Both the position numbers and the translations under genes were made by a program. A stretch of DNA of 63,980 nt, counting the filler, from Fonticula-like sp. SCN 57-25 (lineage: Eukaryota): the NCBI GenBank assembly GCA_001724245.1. It is 9 parts of 9 records of this genome, joined end to end, with 100 filler letters (N's around TTAATTAATTAA, not from the genome) between each part and the next. Parts side by side here need not be neighbours in the genome. Positions count along the whole stretch, not along the records: positions 43,353 to 50,436 come from MEDX01000396.1; positions 50,537 to 57,611 come from MEDX01000397.1; positions 57,712 to 63,980 come from MEDX01000465.1; 6 more parts are not named here. One strand, 5' to 3'. Under the pieces are notes generated by a model, which was given only the letters and a program-made list of their open reading frames with translations, ran no database searches and had not been told where the DNA came from. Positions 48,707 to 60,700 of the stretch are shown piece by piece; position 1 is the stretch's first letter; each line of letters begins with the position of its first letter.

Positions 48707-49352
48707 TTAGGCTTGGCCGAGGTTCTGGAAAGCGCGAGACGCGTCCTTGAGCCTGCTTACGAGATCCTGGAGCTGGTCCACAGTGGCGGAAAAGCGGATG
48801 TCCTTGGTCTCGTTTGCGTTCCCCTCTGTTTTGAGGTTGATCAAATAAACGCCCTTGTTCACCTTCTCCAGCTGGTCGTCCTTGATGTAATAGTCAAGGC
48901 GCCAGTTGACATCGGTGATGTGCGGGTGGTTGAATGACGTGGTGCTCAAGAGGAGGCGCTCAGGGATCATTGCATCCGTGTAAAGTTTCGTGACGGTCGT
49001 AAGGCGGTTGCCGGTGAGCTTGCAGTCCTCAAGCATGGCGGTCACAGCCGTGGCGTCAGCATTGTTGCGCGCGGCCTCGAGCACAAACGTCAGGAACGCG
49101 GCGAAAGTCTCCTTCAGGAGAGACGGGTTGATCGAGGCGAGGCTCGGTCTCGACGTGAGAGCTGCCGCAAGGGAAAAAGATTAGCCGCCGATCCGTCGTC
49201 AATCGCAACTACGAACCATCAATATCGACGCGCTCCTTCGACGCCAAAGCATCAAGCGACGCTTGGACAAAATCAACAAGAGCCGCCTGTGAAAAATGGC
49301 GCTCCTCGCCGAGCAGGGCCACGCCCGCCTGAACGCTCTCGCTGAGCTCCAT
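48707..49352 (-). CDS. COMMD3: COMM domain-containing protein 3
   Basis: Starts MELSESVQ as human COMMD3 does; LEAAR...LEDCK...PHITDVNWRLDYYIK...QLQDLVSRLKDAS; one intron. Confidence 0.9.
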
Positions 49353-49527
49353 GTTGTTTGCCTGGGCGACACAGAGAGAGGATCCGAAACTACAATCTGA
49401 ATCTGGGGCAGATTTTCGGGGTAGCACACCCCGATTGATTTGCACTTCAGCCCTCGATTCGGCCAAGTTGGTTCTCTCTCTAGCGTCCGCTGCCCTACCC
49501 TGAGCTCAGTTCCGGGGTGTCGCAGTC

Positions 49528-50134
49528 ATGGTACGGCAGTCGGGCAGGTTGCGGATGGAGTAGGGGTGGGATGTGTGGAGAGCCAGCGGGCCGGATGTCT
49601 GGCCGGCAGCCTGATGCTGCTTTCGGCTATGTGGTGTGCTGGATGAGCCGGGTGCTCGCATCCATCCCGCGGATGAACCCATCCGGCATCCATCCTTTGT
49701 GGCGGCGCAGTGGCTGACATCTGCTTTCCAGGTGAACGTTCCTAAGACGCGCCGCACGTTCTGTGCCGGCAAGAAGTGCCTTAAGCACACTAACCACAAG
49801 GTGACCCAGTACAAGACTGGCAAGGCCTCCCTCTTCGCCCAGGGTGCGTCGTGCATTTGATCTCGCTGCACACAATACTGAATGTGCCGTGCAGGTAAGC
49901 GCCGTTACGACGCTAAGCAGAAGGGTTTCGGTGGTCAGTCCAAGCCCGTTTTCCGCAAGAAGGTTCGTCTGATTCTGTTTCATCGCATTCCCTAATCCCG
50001 TAATGTAGGCCAAGACCACGAAGAAGGTCGTGCTCCGTCTTGAGTGCACCGAGTGCAAGTACCGCATGCAGCTTGCCCTCAAGCGCTGCAAGCACTTCGA
50101 GCTCGGCGGTCAGCTTAAGGCGAACACCAATTAA
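49528..50134 (+). CDS. RPL36A: 60S ribosomal protein eL42 (L36a/L44); ATG-only first exon, 3 coding introns
   Basis: [12 protein letters not shown]...[51 protein letters not shown]...[10 protein letters not shown]. Confidence 0.97.
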
Positions 50135-50536
50135 AGGTTTGTCTTTTTTACTCTGATCGCGTCGATCGCTAATGCGTTTTCCTTAGAAGTTGTACGCTGT
50201 TAAATTGAAATTGCTTTCGGAAATGTCGTTTGTTTGGAGAACCATTGTACAGCCAGATTCAACGATGTGGATGACGGCCTACACTTGGTTTTATGGGAGG
50301 GTCAAGGAAGGGATCCATGATATTTGATCAGTTCAGGGATGGGAATCACGATCAGTTCTGATATGACACAGAAGAGAGAGAGGCTTGGCGGGCTGTGGCG
50401 CAGATCACATGGCCAAATGGATTGCGGAGTACTACANNNNNNNNNNNNNNNNNNNNNNNNNNNNNNNNNNNNNNNNNNNNTTAATTAATTAANNNNNNNN
50501 NNNNNNNNNNNNNNNNNNNNNNNNNNNNNNNNNNNN

Positions 50537-51458
50537 GGAAATCGCCTTCACGACAACCGGCGTCATTCTCATATTGTACACGGTGGCCGTCCCCGACGCG
50601 GCGTTCTCGCCGAGCGGCACGACGATCTTGACGTCGGTCGCGGCGGTGCACATCTCGCGCGGCGACGGCTCCCAGGTCGGCAGACGGCGCGGCAGCGGCA
50701 GCACCTTGGCGGGCGACTTGGGCGCAGCGGCGCTAGCCTGGTCCGCCTTGGGCCGCGGCGTCGTGCCGAGGGGGGGAAAGTTTTCTTCCGAGAGGGGCGG
50801 CGGCGCCCCGCGCCTGGGACCACCCGGCGGAGTAATAATGCGAACTGGCCGCTGAAAGTTACCTGGCAAAAAATCATGGAGAGGATAATCTCTATCATAC
50901 CCTCTATAAAAAGGGGGGGCCATCATAAAGGGAGGAGGAATATATCCATAGTAAGAGGGGTACACGGGTGGGTTCAGGCCGGCGACAGGAACAGGCGGGC
51001 GGGGGTACGGAAGAGTGGGAGGGGCCACAGGCCGAGGCGTCGGCGCAGTACTATTTGACGCAGGCTAAACAAAAGAAAAGGAAAGACATGAACTTGCGTT
51101 AGAATTATAAAGAAAATGGCCGCTGGGGAGCATCTGTCGATGGGATTGAGCGTACCGGCGTCGAGGCGGGCGAATCTGGCGACCGCTTCCACCCCGGCAA
51201 GAACACCACGGGTGGCCGCGGGGCGGCCGGAAGAGCGCCGACTTGAGCAGGAACAGTTTGCGGCGCGGCAACAGCCGGTTCAGGATCAGCGGCGGAGAAT
51301 TTCGCCTTGCGTCTCTCTGCCCGGTTCATTTTCTTGCTGTTTGCATCCGTGCTGACTGTCGGCGATGACGACGACGGTGACGGAGACGATGCGGCGGCGA
51401 TGGCAGACTGCGACGCGCCGCTTTCGCTTATCGGCCGCATGGGGCGCGGTGTAGACAT
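50537..51458 (-). CDS. Hypothetical Pro-rich/low-complexity protein N-terminus, 3'-truncated
   Basis: ORFs 51105-51458 and 50537-51028 joined by a probable intron; contains an LSEENFPPLG motif; no family recognised. Confidence 0.45.
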
Positions 51459-51744
51459 GGCTCCCGCTTATTCAAAGGAAGGCGAGGGTAGCAAGGTCTA
51501 ATGGAGGCAAGCAGCCCACTATTGCCAACCAAAAAGTCCTTTCGAAAACTGGCAGACTTTGCAATATTGTGGCGGGAACGAGTACGAACTGACCAATCAG
51601 AGGCGAGATTTATCGGTCTGCCATCACAAAACAAAAATAAACGAATAGACAAGTGTGGCCCAAAAAAGAGAGCCACGCCCTACATATAATACTTTTGTAT
51701 CTCTTTCTAATGCGCTTTATTATGCCATGCCTTTGGTATTACAA

Positions 51745-52783
51745 TTACACGAATGTGGAGATGAAGACGGTCTGTCCGATATTGAGCGTTGCATGCCACC
51801 ACGCATCCGGAAGGTAGAGCACGTCGCCGTACGCCAGCGTGCACTCGAGGATCTCCACTTCCTCCTCTTCCCTGCTATCCGCGCTCACCTCGCCTACGTC
51901 GCCGGCGGCCGCGCGCCTTTCCCTTTCCCGCAGCCACGCGACCGTCGTTGTGTTGGGGTCAAACTCGGGCGCCTTGCCCGGGGCCGAGATGAACCACCGC
52001 TTGGCGCCGTACATGACCTCGGCAAACACAGGCCCGTGGGTATGGAACGGGACACCCGAGCCGTGCGCGCCGAGCCCAAAGGAGAGGCTGCCGATGCGCG
52101 TGGCGTCCAGCCATGGCGGGCGGACGTAGGCATCCAGGAAGCCCCACAGCTCGGGTCGGTGGTGGTCGCCAAAGGCGTAGTACAGGCTGTCGGCACTGGG
52201 AGGCGCAAGCGCAGGCAGCTCTGCTTCGGCGGCGGCGTCGACGTCGGCGGCGGACGTGCAGTTGTGGGAGCAGGCGTCAAAGTAGCTAGTCCAGGGGACC
52301 GACATGTCGGTCGCGATGTAGGCTCGAACGGTGCTTTGACGCTTGTCATATGAGAAGGTGTTGGCTGAGCTCAGTACCAGCTCTGCGTCGCCGTGCTGCG
52401 CGCGCAAAGAAAAAGAAAAGACAAAGTCAGCAAAGGGAAAGCGGCAATAGAAGAGGCGGGCTTCGTCATACCTGGCCGACGAGAATGTCCCGCGTCGTCA
52501 TCGACCGGAACCGCGCGTTGTCGGTGACACCGCGGTACACAGCCGGCATTGCCGCGTTAAACACGCCGCCCTTGGCAATGTCCACGACGGGGATCGTGCA
52601 GACGTCGCTGTGAAGCGGCGCGCCCTCATAGTGATCGCCGGCGATCCACCCACCGTCATATCGTGTGTCACCACCACCACCACCCTGACCGCCAGCGGCC
52701 CCATTGGCGACATCACCAAGGGCTAGCAGGAGCAGCAGCAGCGGCGGGAGCACCAGCAGCCGCGAGGTAGTACGGCATGTCAT
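51745..52783 (-). CDS. JMJD8: JmjC domain protein JMJD8-like with signal peptide
   Basis: LLLLLLAL signal; LSSANTFSYDK; FGLGAHGSGVPFHTHGPVFAEVMYGAKRWF; GDVLYLPDAWWHATLNIGQTVFISTF. One intron ~52401-52471. Confidence 0.88.
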
Positions 52784-54117
52784 TCCGGCGCGGGGTCGCA
52801 GCGAGCGCGGCGGCGCAGCAGAACGAAGATGCGGCAAAGTTGAGCAAGGCAGGCGGTGCGGCACCGCGGGAAACGGGTGTGAAAACATGCATCAAGACCG
52901 GGTTGCCCATCATATCGACGGGCGTCAGCCGCATGGACGGTGCGTTCTAGTGCGCATTGTATATTGAATTTAACGCTGTTTCGCGCAGAGATCCTCGAAG
53001 GAGGCCTCGCTGCTGGCAGTATCTTTTTGGTAGTCGAGGATGACCCACGCGGCCAGTACGCGTCGATCCTCTGCCAATACTCTCTCTCCGAGGGCATCGC
53101 CTGCGGGCACCGCCTTGCCATTACGCCGGACGACCAGTCGCTATTGGACTCGACGCCTGCTCTTGCCGCGTCGAGCAGCAGCGGTGGCGGTGAGGACGAG
53201 CCAAAGTCGTCCGAAGAGCTGTTGATCGCTTGGCGGTACAAGTCGACCGCGCTCGCCAACAGCGCATCGCCGGGGAGCCGCGCGGCCGACTTTGCGCACC
53301 AATTTGACCTTGCCGAGCGCGTCTCAAAGGAGGTGCTGGCGTCGGCGCAGGTGGACACGCTGCCGGCCGGCGTGTCGTACCGCAAGCTCACAGAGGCGTG
53401 CGCTAACGTCATAAAGTACGCTCGTCTCGGCAGCGGCAAATTATTCTCGTACTGACCACTGTGAGCAGGGCGTCGGAGCGCCCGCTTCGAATTGTGCTTC
53501 GCGGGATCGGCTCGCCAAAGTACGTCTCGGAGGAGCCGGGGGACGAGCTGCGCTTTGTGCTTTCGCTGCGGTCCCTGCTGCGCGGCACCAATGCCTGCGC
53601 GTGGGTGACCGTACCGGCGTACGCGCTTTCGACGCCTTTTTTGCCGCAGTCTGCGCTGCTTAGAGCGGCGGATTTCTGCGTCGCGCTGCAGTCATTCTCA
53701 TGTACGCAGTCTCACTGTACATGCGAGGTGCTAAAACACTGCGCAGCCGAGGAGCCGCACCCGGCATTCAAGCAGTACCACGGGATGCTCGACATCCTGC
53801 GGCTGCCTTCGAGCGCGTTTGCGCGAACGGCGGCGCCCGCGACGCTTCGCTTTACCTTCAAGCTTCGGCGACGCGGGTACGCATTTTCTTTTTTGAAGTG
53901 CTGAATCTAACGGCTTCACAGATGGGTGATTGATATGCTGCATCTGCCACCAGAGCTGGAGGATTCAGCACAGCGTATTGCGTCGGCGCCAACGAGCAGC
54001 GCGCCGCGGGCAGCGCCACCGGCGGCCGCACCGCCAAGCGCGGCCAGCAGGGCAAGGGCGCGGGCGTCCGGCGCGGCGGGGTGCGCGTCGTCCGCCGGCT
54101 CGCCACTGGACTTTTGA
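52777..54117 (+). CDS. ELP4: Elongator complex subunit 4, multi-exon
   Basis: MSFRRG...IISTGVSRMD|EILEGGLAAGSIFLVVEDD; LLIAWRY; FAHQFDL; FVLSLRSLLR; YHGMLDI; FKLRRR; LHLPPE; ends LDF. Confidence 0.9.
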
Positions 54118-54384
54118 GGAACACTACTGATTCTGTACAAATGGTTGTCTATAAACATCAATATAAATCTTTTGGGTTATGTTGGTCTCTGTTATCGTGG
54201 CCAGTGCTATCAAATTCGCGCGCAATGACCTCGCTTGTACGACTGAGTTTCGCCGTACATCAATACTATACCCTTCTGATTCTTCTGATTATGTTCTGAT
54301 TTGATGTGACGTCACGATCGACGTCATCAGTTCCTTTTCGCGTGGCGCCTTTCTTCCTCTCTTTCTTGCTGATCGAGCGTAGCC

Positions 54385-56585
54385 ATGGCTGCCGCCCTTC
54401 AGTTCGGTCCCGAGGACAAGGACCTCGAGAAGCGCCTGTCCGAGTTCAAGGTGAACGAGAGTGCGTATTAATTTTTTCTTTTTAGCCTTGCTGATGGCGC
54501 CCGCGTTAAACAGACCTCGACAACTTTGTCTTGCTCGAGGGCGTTCCCGTCATCGATGCCGCCAAGGAGGAGAAGCTTGTCGGCCTTCTCCGCCGCATCC
54601 TCAAGCTCAGCCCCGATGCGACCGACGCTATTTGGATGCCTCGCGATGCCAGCGGCATGTCCAAGGGGTTCGTTTTGGTCATTTTACCACGACATTTGTC
54701 TAATGTTGACGTTTAGCTACTGCTTTGTCGAGTTCCCCACCGTCGCGCTTGCCAATGCCGCCGTCCGCGATCTGACCGGTTACAAGCTTGATGCCAAGCA
54801 CACCTTCCGCCTGTCGTCGTTTGCCGACATTGACCGCTGCCTGGCGGTTCCCTCCGAGTTCAAGGCGCCCGAGGTGGAGCCGTTTGTTGAGCGCGAGCAC
54901 CTCACTTCGTGGCTGCTCGATCCGCAGACGCGCGATCAGTTTGTGACTCGCCAGGGCGATCAGCTCGGTATTTTCTGGGCTTCAAAGAGCGAGGAGCCCG
55001 AGATGTGCACGTCGCGCGAGGTTCGTTGTTTTTCTCTGCCTCTGTGCGCATGCTGATTGTCGTACAGCACTGGACCGAGTCGTACGTGACGTGGTCGCCC
55101 CGCGGCTCGTACATGACGACGATTCACCGTCAGGGTATCGCGCTCTGGGGTGGACCGGCCTGGAAGAAGATCGTCAAGTTCCCTCACAACCTCGTGCGCT
55201 TTGTGGACTACTCGCCCGATGAGCGCTGTGTGGTCACCTTTAGCGCCGAGCCCGTCGATCCCAACGCCGCCGAGAAGGAGGTGCGTTCATCGGCGTGCTT
55301 GCAGCAAATATAGCTTACTTTTTGTTGATAGAACCTTATTATCTGGGAGATCCGCACTGGCAAGAAGGTCCGCGGCTTCCACGTCACGCAGGGCGCCTCC
55401 TGGCCGATGCTCAAGTGGTCGCACGATGGCCAGTATGTCGCGCGTGTTACGGCGCAGGGCCTCGGTATCTATGAGCTGCCGAGCATGGCTCTCCTGGACA
55501 AGAAGAGCATCAAGGTCGAGGGCCTGCGCGACTTTGCGTGGTCCCCGACGGACAACCTCCTCGCCTACTGGACGCCCGATATCGGCGAGGCGCCCGCCCG
55601 CGTGTCGGTCCTCCAGATCCCCTCGCGCACCCTCCTGCGCGCAAAGAACCTTTTCAATGTCGCCGACTGCAAGCTCCAGTGGCACCCCGACGGTGACTTT
55701 TTGGCCGTCAAGGTCGACCGCCGGCCAAAGTCCAAGACGCCCAAGCCGATGCAGACGACGTTTGAAATGTTCCGCGTGCGCGACAAGGACGTGCCCGTCG
55801 AGCCGCTCGAGATCAAGGACCCGGTCGTCGCGTTCGCGTGGGAGCCCAAGAACGACCGCTTTGGTGTCGTGCACGGCGAGAACCCGCAGGCGTACAGCTT
55901 TAGTTTCTACACGATGGACTCGCAGACGACCAAGGTCGTCAAGGCGATCACGTTGATAAAGACGCTGGAGCGCAAGCCGTGCAACCGCCTCTACTGGAGC
56001 CCCAAGGGCCAGTTTGTTGTCCTCGCCGGCCTTTCGGGCCTCGGCGGCCAGATTGAGTTCTGGAACGTGGACCAGATGGAGCTGATGGGCCAGGGCGAGC
56101 ACCTGAGCTGCAGCGAGGTCGAGTGGGACCCGAGCGGCCGCTACGTGGCCACCTACGCCAGCGCGTGGCGCACGCAGATGGAGCACGGCTACATCCTCTG
56201 GGACTTTAAGGGCAAGCAGCTCATCTCCAAGCAGCAGGAGAAGTTTTACCAGCTCTTGTGGCGGCCCCGCCCCAAGACGCTCCTCACCAAGGAGCGCCAG
56301 AAGGAAATCAAGAAGAACCTCAAGGAGTACTCTGTCGACTTTAAGAAGACGGACGAGGCCAAGGACTCGAGGGCCTCGCGCGCCGTCATGGAGAGGCGCC
56401 GCCGCATCATGGACGAGTGGGCCGACTACAGGAAGACCAAGGAGGCCCAGGTCAACGAGCAGCGCGCCGAGCGCGAAAAGATCCTTGGCCGCGCCGAGCG
56501 CGACGAGGAGGAGCTTATCGAGGAGACGGTCGAGGAGCTCATCGAGGAGACCCGCGTCGTCACGCGCGAGCGCTCCAGCGATTAA
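54385..56585 (+). CDS. EIF3B: Translation initiation factor eIF3 subunit b (Prt1), multi-exon
   Basis: RRM with GYKLDAKHTF; HLTSWLLDP..RDQFV; WTESYVTWSPRGSY; QGIALWGG; WPMLKWSHD; FAWEP; EWDPSGRYV; LWRPRP. Confidence 0.95.
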
Positions 56586-57124
56586 GAGCCGGAAAAAAAC
56601 CTTTTCGCGCTTCAATCCCGAAAAGCAAAACCTGTTTTGTATAGTCGAACAATGCTTATGATGATACTCTTGATTTATGGGGATTTTGGGTTGATTTGCG
56701 TGTGTTTGCATTCAGTGCAGTGCGATATCAAGCACAGTTTCAGTGCGTTCGTGGGTCAATTCCAAAGGTTTAAAGGGTTTCACTTTATGTAGGATGCCTC
56801 AATCGAGAGAACACGGGATAAGGGAAACGGAAAGGGAAAAAATCTAGGGCAACAGCAGACAAATAGGAAATCGACCACAAGAGAAAACGAAAAAGGGAAT
56901 ATTTGGGCGACCGAAACGAAAAGCGGAAACAAAACGTCCGAAAAAGAGAAAAAGAGAGCAAGAGCAAGCCATGCAAGCTGAAGTGCAATGGGGATCCCGA
57001 ACGGGAGCCGCTGTGACCTCATGCTCTGGCTCACTCTCAATCTATATCGTCTTCTCTCCCTTCTCCTTCCTTCCAGCTGTACACCGCCTCCTCGCCTCGC
57101 TCGCCATCTGCCCCGCTAAAGCGT

Positions 57125-57298
57125 TTATACGCGGCGCGAGTACCAGCCGAGGCCGGCGCACAGAAGAATGAACAGGAGGACAAGGCCGATGATGAGAGCG
57201 ACCGCGTCGGCGCCATCAAAGGCGGCGGCGCCCTGGACAAGCGCAAGGAGCGGGAGGACCGAAACGGCCAGGGTGGTGAACTGGCTCGACGACGACAT
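57125..57298 (-). CDS. SMIM30: 57-aa SMIM30/DUF4730-like membrane microprotein (below the ORF-track cutoff)
   Basis: MSSSSQFTTLAVSVLPLLALVQGAAAFDGADAVALIIGLVLLFILLCAGLGWYSRRV aligns by eye with human SMIM30 (…VEAGDAIALLLG…ICACLGVYARKR). Upstream branch point CTAAC and a TAG acceptor just before the ATG. Confidence 0.75.
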   Translation of the reverse strand: MSSSSQFTTLAVSVLPLLALVQGAAAFDGADAVALIIGLVLLFILLCAGLGWYSRRV

Positions 57299-57773
57299 GG
57301 CTAATGAAACAAAAGAAACACGCTCGTTAGCGATCCGCGGGCAGTGCGCAAGAGGGTAAAATTGGCTCCGGCGGGGAGATGGTCAAGTGAAATGCCACTC
57401 GCCGCCGCCACAGAAAGAAACACGTCAGGCCGCGCTGAGCGCGCCAAAAACACAGTATCCCCACAGAGCTTATCCCCGAGCACGTCCGACCGAGCGTCGG
57501 CCGGCCCAAGCAAGGCCTCTTTCCGCACCTGTTGGGCAACTCGTCCGAAACACCGCAGCGAGGAACAGGCGAGTGAAAGGAAAAAAGAGTCGACTTTTTT
57601 TCACTCCCCGCNNNNNNNNNNNNNNNNNNNNNNNNNNNNNNNNNNNNNNNNNNNNTTAATTAATTAANNNNNNNNNNNNNNNNNNNNNNNNNNNNNNNNN
57701 NNNNNNNNNNNTAAGGCCAGCACAGAAACAATCAAAATGTTGTGATACAAAAGTGCAAAAAACTTGCATCGAT

Positions 57774-60700
57774 TTACAAGATACCGAGAGACTTTCTCTT
57801 CTGGGTCACCCGTTGCCGAACGACCGCCCTACGCAGAGGCTCCGCAGACTCGAAAATATGCTTCAAACGGTACGCTGCGCGCAGGTACGCGCGCAAAACT
57901 CGCCACCGATGGTGCGCGGACCTGCGCCGCGCCATGAGCGGCCGCTCTGCGATCCTTCCCTTGGCCGCCTCGAGCAGGAACAAGAGATACTTTTTCTGAA
58001 AACGAAGGTCCTCGCCGAACCCAGCCTCGATCTCTGCGCGAAGGCGCAACAGAAGCCGCGCACGGTTCATGCGAGCCTCCGTTTGCACCCTCCATGCGTT
58101 GCCACGCTCGAGTTCTTGCGCAGCTGCGCGAACTTGCCCCTCAAGAGTGCCGCAATAATTCCTCAGCTGCGAAATCTCCTCCTGGAACGACTGCACAGAT
58201 ACCTTGGCGTCCTCAAGCCGCTTGTGCAGTTGACGGTTCTCAGTGTCCGACGCCTTCCAAATGTCGATGATCCTCTCGAGCCCCTGCCACTCAGCAAGGC
58301 CCCAGGCGGGGTGGTCACCCTTTGCAGCGGCTGCGGTCGCAGCAGCGGCCGCTGCAGACGCGCGCTCAACCGTCGCAGACAGCTCTTTCCGAGTACGCTC
58401 TTCCACGGCCGCGTTCTGCTTCTGGGGCGCCGATAGCTTCTGCAGAAGCAACTTGACACGAGCAGCCAGGTCGCGGCCAGCCTTATCATCGGGCATAAGT
58501 GTTACATCGAGGCGGAATGATTCCTCGACGGAAGTCACTCCACGGAACATCTCAAAGTCCTACGCAAATGTTAGCAAAAAGTTACAAACTGAACGCAAAG
58601 GCGCACGGATTCCTCTTCAGCGGTGACTTGCTCAATGACTGCCGAGGCGGCAGAACGGGCCTGCTCGAGCTTGAGCAAAAGAGAATCGCGCTCCTCGCGC
58701 AGACGAGCCTCCAAGTCGGTATTCTGCTTGCGGGCGGCGACGAGGTGCGCCTCGGAATCCCGCAAGCGCCTCTCCGATTGAGCAGCAAGGTCAACAAACC
58801 GCTTAATCTCGGCGTTCAGCTTGTTCTTGTCCGCTTCAAGCATGGCCTTTGTACGCTGTGCGCTGGTTGATAGTTGATCGTACTGGGTGCGCAGATGACT
58901 AAGCTCATCGCGTGCCAGCTTGGTCTCAGCCTGGGACCGCATGAGTTCAGAATCGAGGCGAGAAGTAAGGCTCGCCAGCTCATCCTGAAGCTGCTTGACG
59001 CGCTGCTCAGCCCTGGTGCGCCCTTCACGCTCCTGTGCCAAGATGCCTTCAGCGCCCACCTTGCCGGTCGACACCTGCCTGAGATGCTCACGGGCTTGGT
59101 CAAGCTCGCGCGCCATTGCTGCGCCATCTTCCGCCGACTTGGCGCGAAGCCGCTCAACCTCCCGATCGAGAGCCTTCTTTGAAGCAGTCACCTCTGAAAG
59201 CGTCGTCTTGACGGCTGCAAGCTCACGAGCCAATTTGTCATTGCCAGTGTTAATATCCTTGAGCTGCTGCACGCGGGACTCGTCGAGGAGGCGGCTTTGG
59301 TCACGAGTGCTGTTCTCGCGGGCAGCAATCTTGTCACGCTCCTGCTTCGCGATAGAGAGCTCTTTCTCGACGCTCTCCTTCTCCATAACTGCCGCCTCAA
59401 ACTGCTCTCTCGAACGATCGGCGTCGCCAATAAGTCTCTTAATCCGCTCGTTATTCTTGGCCAACGTATCAGCCAGCGTTGTCTCAAGTCTCAAACGCTC
59501 ACCTTCAAGCGACTTGTTGGTCGTCGACAGCTGCTCGTTAGATGCGCGAGCCTGTGCAAGGTCTTGGACCGCCTTCTCCCTTGCAGCACGCTCCTCCGAA
59601 AGCTGCTGGTGCAGCTGACGAATCTCGCTGGCAAGGTTCGCCTTGGCACCTCCTTCACCATCAAGAGTCGCCTTGACGTGGGCAAGCTCCGCTGCAATCT
59701 TGTTCTTTTCAGCGGCCTCAGCCTCGCGCCTTGACTGGACCTCTTCAAGGTCTCCCATCGCCTTTTCCTTTGCAGCACGCTCCTCCAAAAGCTGCTGGCG
59801 AAGATGATCATTCTCCTTGGCGAGGTTAGCCTTGGCACCTCCTTCATCATCAAGAATCGCCTTGACACGTGCAAGCTCTGCCGCAATCTTATCCTTAGCA
59901 GTCACCTCGACCGTGTTCTTCGACTGGGCCTGCACAAGGTCCTCGATCGCCTTCTCCTTCGTAGCCTGCTCTTCGGAAAGCTGCCTGCGTAGCTGACCAA
60001 TCTCCTTTGAAAGCTCTGCCGTAACGTTTTCCTTAGCAGTTGTCTCAGCGTCGAGCTGCGACCGTGCGTGCGCAAGGTCCTCAATGGCCTTCTTCTTCGC
60101 AGCACGCTCCTCCTGAAGCTGCTGGCGCAGTTGCTCAATCTCGTTAGCAAGGCTCGTCTTGGCATCTCCTTCACCATGCAGAATAGTCTTGATGTCGGCA
60201 AGCTCCGTCGCGATCTTCTCCTTGGCAAGCTTCTCAGCGCTGAGCTGCGACTCGGCCTGACCAAGATCCTCGATCGCCTTCTCCTTCATAGCTCGCTCTT
60301 CGGAAAGCTGCCGGCGAAGTTGCTCAATCTCCTTCGAAAGCTCTACTGCAGCCTTCTCCATTGCAATCGTCTCAGTGTTGAGCTGCGATTGGGCCTGATC
60401 AAGGTCCTCAATGGCCTTCTTCCTCGCAGCACGCTCCTCCTGAAGCTGCTGGCGCAGTTGCTCAATCTCGTTAGCAAGGCTCGTCTTGGCATCTCCTTCA
60501 CCATGCAGAATAGTCTTAATGTCGGCAAGCTCAGCCGCCATCCTTTCCTTGGCAAGCTTCTCAGCGTCGCGCTGTGACTCTGCCAGATCAAGGTCCTCAA
60601 TCGCTGTATCCTTTGCAACGCGCTCCTCCGAAAGCTGATTGCGAACCTGATCAAGTTCAAGGGCGAGGTTCGCTCTGGTATCACTCTCGCCCTCAAGAGC

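Noticed and set aside
49935-49960. Possible cycloheximide-resistance allele of eL42
   Set aside because: The sequence reads KPVF, retaining the sensitive-type Pro rather than Gln.
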